DNA of 64,000 nt from Candidatus Velesiimonas alkalicola. GTDB taxonomy: Bacteria; Omnitrophota; Gorgyraeia; Velesiimonadales; Velesiimonadaceae. The DNA lies in NCBI GenBank assembly GCA_013626165.1, contig NDHX01000003.1, forward strand, positions 64,115 to 128,114. The letters run 5' to 3'. A program made the position numbers and the translations under genes. This document shows, piece by piece, positions 12,117-22,730 of this stretch. Below the pieces are notes generated by a model, which searched no databases, was not told the DNA's origin, and saw nothing but the letters and a program-made list of their open reading frames with translations. Each line of letters opens with the position of its first letter. The first letter of the stretch is position 1.

Positions 12117-13186
12117 ATGTTTTTTCTTATGACACTTGAATTTATTGCCATTGCCTTCTGTGATAATATTGTTCTTAAAAGGCAGATCTCATTTTCTTTT
12201 GAAAAAAAATATCCCGCAATTACAGGAAAACCAAACGCAATCCTCCTTGAAAGGATAGAAAAATCTTTTCTTAGCTTTAACTCGGCTTTTTCCACTTCTT
12301 CAAGCACAGTGGTCAGGTCTTTAACTTCCATTCCAATCTTTGCAATGTCCTCTAAATGTGTTCTTATTAATTTAGTCCATAAAGTAGATAACGGCTCTTC
12401 AAACAATTCAAGATATATCCTTCTATCAATAAATCCGCCATTGATAAGCCCTATCTTTATCATTGCATAGCGAGATTCTGGCGCCATTTCCTGCCCGAAG
12501 GGTTGGGTGTTTGTAATAAACTGTAAAGATTTTTTAAGATTATAAAACCTTAAAAATATTTTTAAGTTTAAGATGTCTATTTTAAATCTGAAGTAATTAT
12601 GGAGAAAGAAAAGATTTTTATTAGAAACAATATCAAGTGCCTTTTCCATCCCCAACCTGTCTATTACAACATCACCTGCCTGAATATCTTTTGTTTCTTC
12701 AAATATTTTTTTTGCCTGTTCAAGAATCGGAAAAAGAATGCTCCTGCATTCTTTGGAACACTTCTCTTCCTTGATTAAAAAGATTATCTGTTCAGAAGAG
12801 AAATTTCCATATTCTAAAATGTTTTCTTTTATTTCCTGATTTGTAATTTTTGATTTAAAAAGTATTTTAAGATTATAGATATCCCAGGTTAGCCTTATTG
12901 CAAATACACCCACATTCTTCTCTGTAATCTTATCTACAAGAAGCAGAACACTTAAAAGATGTCTTTTTAAGACAATCTCCCACTGAGAAGGACTTTTAAG
13001 TTCATTTATAAGATTTTGATAATCCTGATATTCGGCAAGTATTCTCAGTGCCGCTTCAAGATTATCTGCTTTAAGCATTCTGTTTATAGAATCCAAAGGA
13101 AGCAACCTTGTTTCTAATACCCTTATCCTTCCGACAGAAGAAAGCATTAAAGGTTTTTCCTGAATAAATGCTACATTTTCGTACAT
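12110..13186 (-). CDS. atpC: V-type ATP synthase subunit C (d subunit)
   Basis: 358 aa, placed between the E and F genes. Helical, with no TM segments. Confidence 0.65.
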   Translation of the reverse strand: MYENVAFIQEKPLMLSSVGRIRVLETRLLPLDSINRMLKADNLEAALRILAEYQDYQNLINELKSPSQWEIVLKRHLLSVLLLVDKITEKNVGVFAIRLTWDIYNLKILFKSKITNQEIKENILEYGNFSSEQIIFLIKEEKCSKECRSILFPILEQAKKIFEETKDIQAGDVVIDRLGMEKALDIVSNKNLFFLHNYFRFKIDILNLKIFLRFYNLKKSLQFITNTQPFGQEMAPESRYAMIKIGLINGGFIDRRIYLELFEEPLSTLWTKLIRTHLEDIAKIGMEVKDLTTVLEEVEKAELKLRKDFSILSRRIAFGFPVIAGYFFSKENEICLLRTILSQKAMAINSSVIRKNIW

Positions 13187-13188
13187 TT

Positions 13189-13794
13189 CTATTTCTCAAA
13201 TGGTTCAAATAATACACTTGCAGACTCTGTTTCAATTTTTTCTTTTATTGAGGAAATTATACTTGATATCCTGCAGTCTGTAAAAACTTTCTTCCCCTTT
13301 ACTATAAATCCCATATCTATTGAATTATCAATAATTATATTTAACTCTGGATGGATCCCTTTTCTTATCAACTCCTGTTCTATATCTTTCCAGAAATCTT
13401 CATCCATTTTCTGTTTATCAAAAACCGAGATACAGATATCTTCACTGCCGGAAACAATACTCCTTAAAAGAAGGGACCTGTAAAACTCCCGGTGTTTGTC
13501 TTTTTTTATATTTTTAAACTCTTCTTTTGCATCTTCAAATACGGAATCCAAGAGGTCTCTTTTAAGATCAAGAAGTTCCTGCTTTAGACGCATCTGCATT
13601 CTTATCAGTTCCATTCTTTTTTTTGATTCTGCCTCCTCTTTTCTTTTACTTAAAATTTCTAATTTTTTTACTTGCGCATTTTTTGAAGATTCTAAAAGAA
13701 TCTCATTAACGGATAAATCCGCCTCCTTTAATATAACATCTGCCTTGTTTTTGGCATCCTGTATTATTTTTTCAACTATTTTTTCTACTGCCAT
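13189..13794 (-). CDS. atpE: V-type ATP synthase subunit E
   Basis: 201 aa. The N-terminal half is a K/E-rich coiled coil, and there is a C-terminal globular domain. Confidence 0.7.
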   Translation of the reverse strand: MAVEKIVEKIIQDAKNKADVILKEADLSVNEILLESSKNAQVKKLEILSKRKEEAESKKRMELIRMQMRLKQELLDLKRDLLDSVFEDAKEEFKNIKKDKHREFYRSLLLRSIVSGSEDICISVFDKQKMDEDFWKDIEQELIRKGIHPELNIIIDNSIDMGFIVKGKKVFTDCRISSIISSIKEKIETESASVLFEPFEK

Positions 13795-14270
13795 TACACC
13801 TTTACCCCGCCAAGAAGAATAAATGCAGAAACAAGTCCAAGAACACCATATATTTCAACAAATGCAGGGACAATAATAGCCTTGCCGGTTTCTTCTTCTT
13901 TTTTTGCAACAATACCAATTGCAGCAGCAGCAGCCTTACCCTGGTATATGGCAGATACCATTTCAACAAGTCCTATGGGCAGACATATAAAGAATATCTG
14001 CAATCCTACCCCTGTGGAAACTGTTGTGATAGGTTCTGTAAAAAACTGAAGTCTCATCATCACAAGAAATCCTATAAGAAGTGAATAAAAACCCTGTGTC
14101 CCCGGAAGACCGATAAAAGGTATAAGCTTGCCAAACTTTTGAGGTTCTTCTGTTATTACCCCTGCTGCCATCTGACCGGCAAGCCCAACACCGATACTTG
14201 AACCTATCCCACCCAATGCAATAACAGATGCCATTCCTAATATTGCCAGTGTAAATCCTAACATCTCCAT
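13794..14270 (-). CDS. atpK: V-type ATP synthase subunit K (proteolipid c)
   Basis: Two TM hairpins with GxGxGxG packing. A conserved Glu lies in helix 4, in LVEMVS. Confidence 0.8.
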   Translation of the reverse strand: MEMLGFTLAILGMASVIALGGIGSSIGVGLAGQMAAGVITEEPQKFGKLIPFIGLPGTQGFYSLLIGFLVMMRLQFFTEPITTVSTGVGLQIFFICLPIGLVEMVSAIYQGKAAAAAIGIVAKKEEETGKAIIVPAFVEIYGVLGLVSAFILLGGVKV

Positions 14271-14323
14271 ATTCCTCCTTTTATATTCTGTATCCCGTTG
14301 CCCGTATTTCGTTGTCCGTTTTT

Positions 14324-16363
14324 TTACGGTATACGAACGACGGCTTCTACAAACGGCAGGTTTTTTACCGCCACATATTTTGTTTTAACTGAAAACGGAA
14401 CAAATGTTTTACCTCCGCCTTTAAAAAATTTCGAAAAAAATTCCACAAACTGCAATCTGCTTGTATGTATTAAGGCACCGAGAATATTTATAGCAATTGC
14501 AAATGTGTGCCCAAATAGAATAATTAAAAAACCCACTGTTATTCCCGCCAGAGGCCCTATTACCGGAAGTGCCCAGAAAATCTGTCCAGTCTGTACTGCA
14601 AGCATATTGACTGTTGTTGCCATAACACCTGTTACAAGTCCAAGCGCCCATAATCTGCTGTATGAAAGAACATCAGCCAGAAACCCAGCCCAGGCATTAT
14701 ATGCGGAATAAAAACCGTTAAATATTCTAAATCCTATATTATTATATGACCTTCCTGCAAATATAATTATTCCTGCTGTTCCTAAACTTAAAAATATTAG
14801 AAACATATTCTTTAAATTTCCAGGTGCCACTCCTGTACTAGAAAATATCATACCAAGTATTCCTGTAAGCAAAATCAGCATAAAACCCTGGTCCATTATT
14901 GCATCTCTCCATAAATTATTTTTTATATTGTTTATCAGTCCTGCAATGTTGCCGCATAGTATATGGACAACACCTAGCCCCAGTGCAATAAGCATAAGGT
15001 TCATTGCATTCTGTGGGTTTGCCATAGGATCAAGCACACCAATCCGCGCGGTAAAATCTGCTGCCGGCTTGAATACAGGAAAACTGTTTGCAAGCATAGA
15101 GGGAGCGTTCCCAAACCAGCCGCCGCAAAGTGCACCAAAAAATATTGTTGATATACCTCCTAAACACAAAATCCATAGAAGATAAAATACTTCTCCTCTG
15201 GGCTTAAATTTTAAGATTGCCCATATGGATAATAAAAAAATAACAATCCCATATCCTGCATCTGTAAGGCAGAAACCAAAGAATATGAAAAAGAAAGGGG
15301 CAAGAAAAGGTGTTGGGTCTATTTCAAATCTCTGCGGCACACCATATACATTTGTGATATATTCAAAGGGTTTTATCGGCTGTTTGTTTTCAAGAACAAC
15401 AGGAGGATTATCCGTTTTTTGGGGTTCAGATATAATAACCTCGCACAAAATTTGCTTTTCTTTAATCAATTTCAACAAAATATTAGTATCTTTCTTACAA
15501 ATCCAACCCTGGAATACAATGGTTTTTTTTGAGGCCTTTGTGCTTGATAAGGCAATGTTTCTTTCTTTTTTCAGATATAAAAAATCGTAAACAGACATTA
15601 TAGAAAAAAGAGAAGGAAGAAATTCTTTTGCCTGTTTTACTACTGTATTATATCCATCTGCTAAGGCATTAATATCTTTATTCAGTCTTTCTATGTTTTC
15701 TTTTACAGTTCCCTTCAAGTGATGTAAGCGCACATACTGAAAACTAAATGACTTTAAAATAGAAGATATTTCCTCCTCGTCTTCTTTCCTGTGTGCAACA
15801 AGAAGATAAGCATTTTCCTCATCCTCTCTGATTATACTAATTGCAACAGATATGTTTGTTTTTTTAATATTTTCTTCAAAAGCACTTTTTACCTTTACAG
15901 GAATAATCCCAAGATATATACTGCAAAGTTTTGTTGAACAGGTGTTCTCAAGATGAACATTTAAGCCTTCCCAGTTTTGTAACGATTTTATTTCAAGAGA
16001 TATTCTGTTTTTTTCAGCAGTAATCTCTTTAAGGACGCGGTCAGATTGATAACACCTGCTATAAATATCCCTCCATTGGGAGTGGATTGCACTTTCTTGT
16101 ATCTGTTTAAAAGTAAAAACAGGCCTTCTTTTTAAAATTCTTCCCTTTTGAAAATCCGATAAAAAACCTATTGTGTACTCAAGATGTGCAATATCTGCAT
16201 CAATACTTGAAAAATCTACTTTTTCATTAAAATTATAAAATTCAAGGTAAGAAGATGCCTCTTCAAGATGGACAACCCCTGCCTGTTGTAGCAGACTTAA
16301 AACAATGTCCTGTTCTTCTTTAAGAAAAACAATATTTATCTTATTAATCTTTGCAATGGCCAT
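14324..16363 (-). CDS. atpI: V-type ATP synthase subunit I (a subunit)
   Basis: 679 aa. The N-terminal half is soluble coiled coil and the C-terminal half is polytopic membrane. It heads the operon. Confidence 0.8.
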   Translation of the reverse strand: MAIAKINKINIVFLKEEQDIVLSLLQQAGVVHLEEASSYLEFYNFNEKVDFSSIDADIAHLEYTIGFLSDFQKGRILKRRPVFTFKQIQESAIHSQWRDIYSRCYQSDRVLKEITAEKNRISLEIKSLQNWEGLNVHLENTCSTKLCSIYLGIIPVKVKSAFEENIKKTNISVAISIIREDEENAYLLVAHRKEDEEEISSILKSFSFQYVRLHHLKGTVKENIERLNKDINALADGYNTVVKQAKEFLPSLFSIMSVYDFLYLKKERNIALSSTKASKKTIVFQGWICKKDTNILLKLIKEKQILCEVIISEPQKTDNPPVVLENKQPIKPFEYITNVYGVPQRFEIDPTPFLAPFFFIFFGFCLTDAGYGIVIFLLSIWAILKFKPRGEVFYLLWILCLGGISTIFFGALCGGWFGNAPSMLANSFPVFKPAADFTARIGVLDPMANPQNAMNLMLIALGLGVVHILCGNIAGLINNIKNNLWRDAIMDQGFMLILLTGILGMIFSSTGVAPGNLKNMFLIFLSLGTAGIIIFAGRSYNNIGFRIFNGFYSAYNAWAGFLADVLSYSRLWALGLVTGVMATTVNMLAVQTGQIFWALPVIGPLAGITVGFLIILFGHTFAIAINILGALIHTSRLQFVEFFSKFFKGGGKTFVPFSVKTKYVAVKNLPFVEAVVRIP

Positions 16364-16434
16364 ATAATTTGCCTCTGTCTAAATAGGGTCCACAAGGTGT
16401 CAGAGCACCAGAGCACCAGTGCACCAGTTGTCTT
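16364..16434. repeat. Family A repeat (cagagcaccagagcaccagtgcaccagttg)
   Basis: Direct read: 9-nt period units 5' of atpI. Confidence 0.65.
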
Positions 16435-17322
16435 TTAAGTTTCACAGGGCCTGCCCTTAACCTGTCCGGGGATTTTTGAACTTTCTAAAAATGCCTGCGG
16501 TAGGTATGAAATTATATCGCCAGCAAGGAGTGATGTCATACCAACCTTTTTTACCGCCATATCTGCTGCAAGCCCGTGGATATAAACAGCACAACAGCTC
16601 GCCTCATAGGCTTGTATTTTCATTCCAAGGAATGCCCCGATTATACCGCTTAATACATCTCCTGTTCCCCCTGATGCCATTCCGGGATTACCGGTATTAT
16701 TTATATAAATATTATTTCCATCCGTGCAGACTGTTCTGTGCCCTTTCAAAACAACTATACAATTCCATCTTTCAGCAATGGATTTTGAAATTCCAACCCT
16801 GTCTTTTTGTATTAATTCAACAGACATGCCCGTAAGTTGTGACATCTCACCAGGATGGGGAGTTAATACTGTTGGATGTTTTCTTGAGGCAATAATATCC
16901 CGGTGTTTTTTTAAAGGGTAAAGCGCATCTGCATCTATAACTACCGGAATGTTAATTTTACTTAACAAGCCTAAAACAAATTTCTGTGTATTTTTTGCTC
17001 TTGAAATACCTGGCCCTATAACAACACTATCAATGTTTTTTATAAAATTAAAAATCTTTTTTTTAGATGACAGAGTAAAACTTCCCTGTTTATCGGAAAC
17101 AGGTAAAGTGGTAGCCTCTATAACCCGGGATGCAATTATTGGATGGACAGAAGAAGGAACTGCAAGTGTTACAAGCCCTGCACCTGAACGCAGAGCCCCC
17201 TGTGAACACAAATATACCGCACCTGTATAGCAGGTTGAACCAGAAATAATAAGTATATGCCCGTAATCTTTCTTATGAGTATCTTTTTTTCTTTTTAAAA
17301 AATCGAAAGATAAAGGCTTCAA
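16435..17322 (-). CDS. nnrD: ADP-dependent NAD(P)H-hydrate dehydratase (YjeF C-terminal domain)
   Basis: DYGHILIISGS...GAGLVTLAVP...GGTGDVLSG motifs. Confidence 0.8.
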   Translation of the reverse strand: MKPLSFDFLKRKKDTHKKDYGHILIISGSTCYTGAVYLCSQGALRSGAGLVTLAVPSSVHPIIASRVIEATTLPVSDKQGSFTLSSKKKIFNFIKNIDSVVIGPGISRAKNTQKFVLGLLSKINIPVVIDADALYPLKKHRDIIASRKHPTVLTPHPGEMSQLTGMSVELIQKDRVGISKSIAERWNCIVVLKGHRTVCTDGNNIYINNTGNPGMASGGTGDVLSGIIGAFLGMKIQAYEASCCAVYIHGLAADMAVKKVGMTSLLAGDIISYLPQAFLESSKIPGQVKGRPCET

Positions 17323-17329
17323 TACTTAA

Positions 17330-17716
17330 TTATTCCTTTCTTTCAAAGATAGCACCTGCAATAGCGTATTCTTTGCAATGAGAAATACTTAAATGCAGTA
17401 TATCTTCATCTTGTTTAAACCCTGATAAATTTTTTTTACTATTTAGCTTTATGTTCGGTCTGCCTGAAGATTCTTTCACAATCTCTACATTTTTCCAAAC
17501 AAGTGCATAATCAAACCTTTTTTCTGAAAGTGCTTTAAGAACAGATTCTTTTGCTGCAAAACGTGCTGCAAGATGTTCTTCTGGGCAACTTTTAAAAAGA
17601 CAGTATCTTATTTCGTCTTGCGTAAATATTTTTTCTAAAAACTTCGTTCCCCATTTTTTCCAGACCTTCAAAAAACGGGGAACACTTACTATATCTATTC
17701 CAACTCCAAGTATCAT
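17330..17716 (-). CDS. acpS: Holo-[acyl-carrier-protein] synthase
   Basis: 128 aa starting MILGVGIDIV, with the AARFAAKES motif. Confidence 0.85.
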   Translation of the reverse strand: MILGVGIDIVSVPRFLKVWKKWGTKFLEKIFTQDEIRYCLFKSCPEEHLAARFAAKESVLKALSEKRFDYALVWKNVEIVKESSGRPNIKLNSKKNLSGFKQDEDILHLSISHCKEYAIAGAIFERKE

Positions 17717-17752
17717 TGAGTCCCTTTAAGGGCCTGTTGTGTAGCCTGCCCT

Positions 17753-18724
17753 TTATGCCTGACCTGCACTTCCGAGAATCTGACACTTTTCTACATACAT
17801 CTTTTTCAATTCCTCTCTTGCAGGACCTAAGTATTTGCGGGGGTCAAACTCTTTTGGATTTTCTGCAAGGTATTTTCTAATCATCGCTGTCATAACAAGT
17901 CTTCCATCAGAATCTATATTAACCTTGCATACTGCTGATTTTACAGCTCTTTTTATCTGATCTTCCGAAACACCGGCGGTTTGTTCAAGTTTTCCTCCAT
18001 ATTTATTTATTATATTCACATACTCCTGCAATACCGAAGATGCACCATGCAAAACTATCGGAAAGCCGGGAAGCTTTTTTTCACATTCTTCAAGTATATC
18101 AAACCTCAAAGGCGGAATAGATTCTCCAGGTTTTACCTTAAACTTATATACCCCATGTGATGTGCCTATTGATATTGCAAGACTATCAACTGATGTTTTT
18201 TTTACAAAATCTTCAACCTGTCCGGGGTCCGTATAATGCGATTTTTCCGAAACTACATGCTCTTCAATGCCTGCTAAAACTCCGAGTTCTCCTTCTACCG
18301 TTACATCACACCTGTGTGCATACTCAACAACCTCGCTTGTGGTCTCTATATTTTTCTCATAAGGAAGTGATGAACCGTCTATCATAACATTTGAAAATCC
18401 GTAATCTATGCAACTTTTACAAAGTTCAAAAGAATCTCCGTGGTCAAGATTTAGTGCAATGGGAATATTGCCACCTGTCTCTTTTGCTATTTCAACCGCA
18501 CCCGACACCATATATCTTAAAAGTGTCTGGTTTGTATACTGTCTTGCACCCTTGGATATCTGCAATATAACAGGCGATCTACATTCTACGCAGGCCATAA
18601 TTATTGCCTGCAATTGTTCCATATTATTAAAATTGTAGCCGGGTATGCCGTATCCTTTCTGCATTGCATTTTTAAACATTTCTTTTGTATTCACAAGCCC
18701 TAAACTTTTAAAATTTACTGCCAT
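17753..18724 (-). CDS. fba: Fructose-bisphosphate aldolase, class II
   Basis: LDHGDSFELCK..., VEGELG and GTSHGVYKF motifs. I chose the start at MAVNFKSL (ATG 18724-18722), which is preceded by ggagg; the ORF itself extends to 18796. Confidence 0.85.
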   Translation of the reverse strand: MAVNFKSLGLVNTKEMFKNAMQKGYGIPGYNFNNMEQLQAIIMACVECRSPVILQISKGARQYTNQTLLRYMVSGAVEIAKETGGNIPIALNLDHGDSFELCKSCIDYGFSNVMIDGSSLPYEKNIETTSEVVEYAHRCDVTVEGELGVLAGIEEHVVSEKSHYTDPGQVEDFVKKTSVDSLAISIGTSHGVYKFKVKPGESIPPLRFDILEECEKKLPGFPIVLHGASSVLQEYVNIINKYGGKLEQTAGVSEDQIKRAVKSAVCKVNIDSDGRLVMTAMIRKYLAENPKEFDPRKYLGPAREELKKMYVEKCQILGSAGQA

Positions 18725-18764
18725 TGTTTTCCTCCCCATATCAAGATTCACCGTTCTCCTCACC

Positions 18765-18838
18765 GAGACACCAGGACACCTGTCACCAGGAACCAATCAC
18801 CACTTTTTCCCCTACCTACTATCTACTACCTCCTGTTT
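18765..18838. repeat. Family A repeat (gacaccaggacacctgtcaccagg ... ctacctactatctactacc)
   Basis: Direct read, in the spacer between pfkA and fba. Confidence 0.65.
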
Positions 18839-19795
18839 CTACTGTGCCAGTATGTCTACAATATTGTACAGTCTTATATTAATCTTTAGTCTTTCCCTGT
18901 TTTCAAATGGGACAAGAACTATTTTGCCATTTTTCATACCAACAAAACACCTTGTCCTTCCTTTTAAAAGAGCATCCACTGCTGTGTATCCAAACTGTGT
19001 AGCAATTATTCTATCCTGTGCGGTTGGGCTTCCTCCTCTTTGAACATGGCCAAGAACAGTTACCCTTACATCATAGTCTGTATGCTTTCTTATAAATTCT
19101 GCAACTTTTTCGCCTCTTATTGCGCCCTCTGCAACAACTATTATCCAGCTTTTTTTTCCTTTCTGACGCCCCGTTTTTATCTGTTGACAAACATTTTTTA
19201 TATCAAACCTGTGTTCAGGAATAAGAACATCCTCAGCGCCTCCTGCAAGTGCTGAAAAAAGTGCAAGAAAACCACTATCCCCTCCCATCACCTCAACGAT
19301 AAATATCTTTTCCAAACTTGTGGCTGTGTCTCTTATCCTGTCTATAGCATCAAGGGCAGTATTAACTGCTGTATCAAATCCTATGCATATATCTGTCCCT
19401 GATACATCATTGTCTATTGTCTTTGGCACACCAACACATCTTACATTAAAATTTTTACTTAAGCACCCGGCTCCTTTTAAAGAACCATTCCCCCCTATTA
19501 CCACAAGCCCATCTATGTTATATTTAAGAAGTGTTTGATATGCTTTTCGTTGTTCTGATATTTTATAGAAATTTTCACACCTTGCAGTTTTAAGTATTGT
19601 CCCTCCTAAATGAATTATATTGCTTACATCACTTCTATCCATCTTGAAAACCTCTCCCTCAATAAGTCCCTGGTATCCTCTTCTTATACCATAAACCTCA
19701 AGTTCTTTTGAAAGAGAGTATCGGACAACAGCCCTTATACAGGCATTTAAACCCGGACAATCCCCGCCACTTGTTACAACTGCAATCCTTTTCAC
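18839..19795 (-). CDS. pfkA: ATP-dependent 6-phosphofructokinase
   Basis: MKRIAVVTSGGDCPGLNA, GGNGS, PKTIDND and MGGDSG motifs. Confidence 0.9.
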   Translation of the reverse strand: MKRIAVVTSGGDCPGLNACIRAVVRYSLSKELEVYGIRRGYQGLIEGEVFKMDRSDVSNIIHLGGTILKTARCENFYKISEQRKAYQTLLKYNIDGLVVIGGNGSLKGAGCLSKNFNVRCVGVPKTIDNDVSGTDICIGFDTAVNTALDAIDRIRDTATSLEKIFIVEVMGGDSGFLALFSALAGGAEDVLIPEHRFDIKNVCQQIKTGRQKGKKSWIIVVAEGAIRGEKVAEFIRKHTDYDVRVTVLGHVQRGGSPTAQDRIIATQFGYTAVDALLKGRTRCFVGMKNGKIVLVPFENRERLKINIRLYNIVDILAQ

Positions 19796-19821
19796 TTTTA
19801 GAGCCCGCCTTTTTATCTACT

Positions 19822-21471
19822 TTAAGGTACGACAGGAAGTATCAGGGCAGACCTTTGTGCCTGTTTTTTTAATTTCTCAAACCAATCGGCAAATTTTTCC
19901 TGCCTTTTTTTCATAAAAATAAAACTGTAATATTTATCTTTTGTTTTTTCAAATTCTTCACCATTGGCATCTATAATACCTTCTATATACGCAAAACCAT
20001 AACCTTTTTCAAGTCTTAAAATGCTTGATAATTCAGATTTTTCTAAATTAAAAATATCAAGTATCTGTCCTGCTGCCTGACCTATACCCTCTATATATCC
20101 TTGTCTGACAAATGGCTCAGGTCTTAATATCTTCACAGAAAGTTCCTTCGCCATATTATCTATATTTTCCCCATTAAAAACATTGCTTTTAAATTTATTT
20201 AGAAGTTCCTCTACTGTTTGCTTTGAAAGATTACCTGTTTTTTCTTTAATAATTATATTTTTTACCCTATCTTTTACTTCTTCAACAGGTTGGATATATT
20301 CTGTTTTTCTGTCTTTCAGTCTTATAAAATAACTACCTGAATTTGTCCTGATTATGTCACTTACCTGATTTTTGCCAAGAGAGAAGGCAACATCTCCTAT
20401 CTGTTCTGAGTAACCAATATCCTGAATTTGTCCATCCCGGGTAAAAAACGGACTTTCCTTTATTTGCAGGTTATATTTTTTTGCAATCTCATCTAAAATT
20501 TTTGCCTTTAATTCTACAGTTGCGGATTCTTCTTTTTCAATAAGTTCAATTGATATCTTGTCTGCTATGTATTCAACAAGCCTCAACGCCTCTGCCTGTG
20601 TTAATCTTTGTCTGATTTCTTCTTTTACTTCTTCAAGCGGTTTATACTCATTCTTCTTCTCCTGTGATATATCCTCCGACACCTCTTGTGTGTCCTGTTT
20701 TTTAAATTCTTCTCTGTATTTTTTATAAAAGTTTTCTATACTTTCATCACTTATTTTAACTTTTGCCTGCATATCCTGCTTTGTAATCCCGATATAATCA
20801 ACCCTCACCTGTTCAGGCATTGTAAATTCTTCCCTGTGTTTGTTATAGTATTTAAGAATCTCTTCTTCTGTTGCAGAAACCTTTTGACGAAAGAGTTCTT
20901 TGTCTGCAACAACAAATATAGCCTTTATCTTTTGTGTTCTTCTGGTAAATTCTTCCCTTACCTCTTCATCCGATACAGTAATACCTGCAACAATCCTTTC
21001 TCTTAATTTTTCAAGAAGTAATGATTCTTTTATGATAGACTCAAATGTTCTGGGAGTTATCTGCAGGACAAATTGAAGAAATTGTTGATAACGGTTCTGA
21101 TTGAAACCCTGTTCATCTCTAAAAAACGGGAATCCTTCTATCTGTCTTATAACCTCCTTGTCGGTTACCCTTATACCCTGTCTTCTGGCTTCTCTTAATA
21201 ATATTAAGCGTTCCCATGCCCGCTCCTCAATATTTAAAAACCTTCTAAACCTCTCAAACTGTTCCCCATACAAAAGACGGGACTCTATTTCAGTGGAAAA
21301 AATGCTATTATAATATTTTTCCATTGAAATATTTTTACCAAATATTTGACCTGCGTATTCTCTGGGCTCGCCTATCATTCCAGGACCCCAGAACAGAAAT
21401 GTAAAGATAACTATAATAGTGATCCCGACAAGAAGTGTCCTCATATTTTTTCTTAATACCTGAAATAACAT
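19822..21471 (-). CDS. Membrane-anchored periplasmic chaperone / peptidyl-prolyl isomerase (PpiD/SurA-like)
   Basis: N-terminal TM helix, then a SurA-N-like domain, a long E/K-rich region and a C-terminal domain. Confidence 0.5.
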   Translation of the reverse strand: MLFQVLRKNMRTLLVGITIIVIFTFLFWGPGMIGEPREYAGQIFGKNISMEKYYNSIFSTEIESRLLYGEQFERFRRFLNIEERAWERLILLREARRQGIRVTDKEVIRQIEGFPFFRDEQGFNQNRYQQFLQFVLQITPRTFESIIKESLLLEKLRERIVAGITVSDEEVREEFTRRTQKIKAIFVVADKELFRQKVSATEEEILKYYNKHREEFTMPEQVRVDYIGITKQDMQAKVKISDESIENFYKKYREEFKKQDTQEVSEDISQEKKNEYKPLEEVKEEIRQRLTQAEALRLVEYIADKISIELIEKEESATVELKAKILDEIAKKYNLQIKESPFFTRDGQIQDIGYSEQIGDVAFSLGKNQVSDIIRTNSGSYFIRLKDRKTEYIQPVEEVKDRVKNIIIKEKTGNLSKQTVEELLNKFKSNVFNGENIDNMAKELSVKILRPEPFVRQGYIEGIGQAAGQILDIFNLEKSELSSILRLEKGYGFAYIEGIIDANGEEFEKTKDKYYSFIFMKKRQEKFADWFEKLKKQAQRSALILPVVP

Positions 21472-21486
21472 ATCTTTCCTCTATTT

Positions 21487-21882
21487 TATTTTTAAAGGTC
21501 TACCCTTTGTAGCACTTTTATAGATTGCATCTATAATCTCCAGTACAATCAGCCCTTCCTCACCAGTCATTGTATGATGCGTATTGTTAACTATACTATC
21601 AACTAAATTGTCCTGGCTTCAAGATGTGGTTACAGGTTGACACTCCAGAACCTCTTCTTTTTCATTTTCTATCTTAACAGAATCGTAGGCTAAATTCAAG
21701 TTTTCTTGCACCTCCTTTTTGCCTTTGATTGATTCCGGTATTTTTACTTTACCCCTTTCCTCTAACCTTTTAGGGTCCATATCTGACCCTGCCACAACTT
21801 CCGCCATCGGGTGGCTCATATGTCCTTTGATGTGAAAATATCCTACCCCAAGTCCAATAACACCTACCCTTAATTTTTTCAT
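21487..21882 (-). pseudogene. Gfo/Idh/MocA oxidoreductase remnant (N- and C-terminal fragments, middle deleted)
   Basis: N-terminal Rossmann start MKKLRVGVIGLGVGYFHIKGHMSHPMAEVVAGSDMD. A minus-strand frame at 21487-21600 encodes the typical C-terminus ...EEGLIVLEIIDAIYKSATKGRPLKIK*. The N-fragment ORF ends inside the family D repeat. Confidence 0.6.
21619..21663. repeat. 45-bp dispersed repeat, family D copy 2 (inverted relative to copy 1)
   Basis: The reverse complement of this copy is gaggttctggagtgtcaacctgtaaccacatcttgaagccaggac; copy 1 (2822-2866) reads gaggttctggagtctcaacttgtaaccacatcttgaagccaggac. Confidence 0.7.
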
Positions 21883-21902
21883 ACATTTCCTTTACATATC
21901 TT

Positions 21903-22712
21903 TTACATTTTCTGAATAATCCCAGTTTTACCAAAATCAACACTCACCGCAGAAATTTTTTCAAGAGGATTTGAAACATTTGGGCAGGAGTCCTGAATAA
22001 ATATATTAGGAGCAGCCCATTTACATGCATTTGTAATAACCTTGATTATCTGTGAATTATAATATATAGGATATGTTTCATGACCAGGCCTGAAGTAAAA
22101 TATTTTTCCGGCCCCTCGCCTAAATGTTATACCACTTCTAAAAACTTCTCCACCCTCAAACCAAGAGATAAAGATTATTTCATCAGGATCTGGGATATCA
22201 AAACGTTCTCCATACATTTCTGTGTTTGGAAGTTCAATATATTCTCCAATACCTTCTGTAATAAGATGAGAAGGCTGAATGTTCCATAGCCTTTCCTTTT
22301 CAGCAGCCTCACGCCATTTCAAAGAGCAGTTTGTCCCAAGTAAAACCCTGAATATCTTTGAGTAATGCCCCGAATGAAGAACAATCAGCCCCATACCCTC
22401 AAGTATTCTATTTTGAACTTTTTTTACAATTTCATCTTTTACCTCATTATGTGCAATATGTCCCCACCATATAAGAACATCTGTAGAATTTATCACTTCA
22501 TCTGTCAAACCATGTGAAGGCTCGTCAAGAGTGGCAGTTTTGATCTTAAACCGTAGATATGGGATCAAAAACTGGCTTTGTTTCTTTAAACCTTTGGCAA
22601 TGACGGTATGCATGCCCTGGGGGTAAATCTTTTTGACTGCTTCATTTTTTCTTTCATGTCTAAACTCGTTCCAGATGGTTATTCTTACTTTTTTATCCAA
22701 ATTGGGATTCAT
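21903..22712 (-). CDS. ThuA-like domain protein (glutamine-amidotransferase-like fold)
   Basis: 269 aa with the ThuA signature pattern (LIWWGH..., HSGHYSKIF). This family is typically partnered with Gfo/Idh/MocA oxidoreductases. Confidence 0.6.
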   Translation of the reverse strand: MNPNLDKKVRITIWNEFRHERKNEAVKKIYPQGMHTVIAKGLKKQSQFLIPYLRFKIKTATLDEPSHGLTDEVINSTDVLIWWGHIAHNEVKDEIVKKVQNRILEGMGLIVLHSGHYSKIFRVLLGTNCSLKWREAAEKERLWNIQPSHLITEGIGEYIELPNTEMYGERFDIPDPDEIIFISWFEGGEVFRSGITFRRGAGKIFYFRPGHETYPIYYNSQIIKVITNACKWAAPNIFIQDSCPNVSNPLEKISAVSVDFGKTGIIQKM

Positions 22713-22730
22713 ATCTCTTCTTTATTTATG

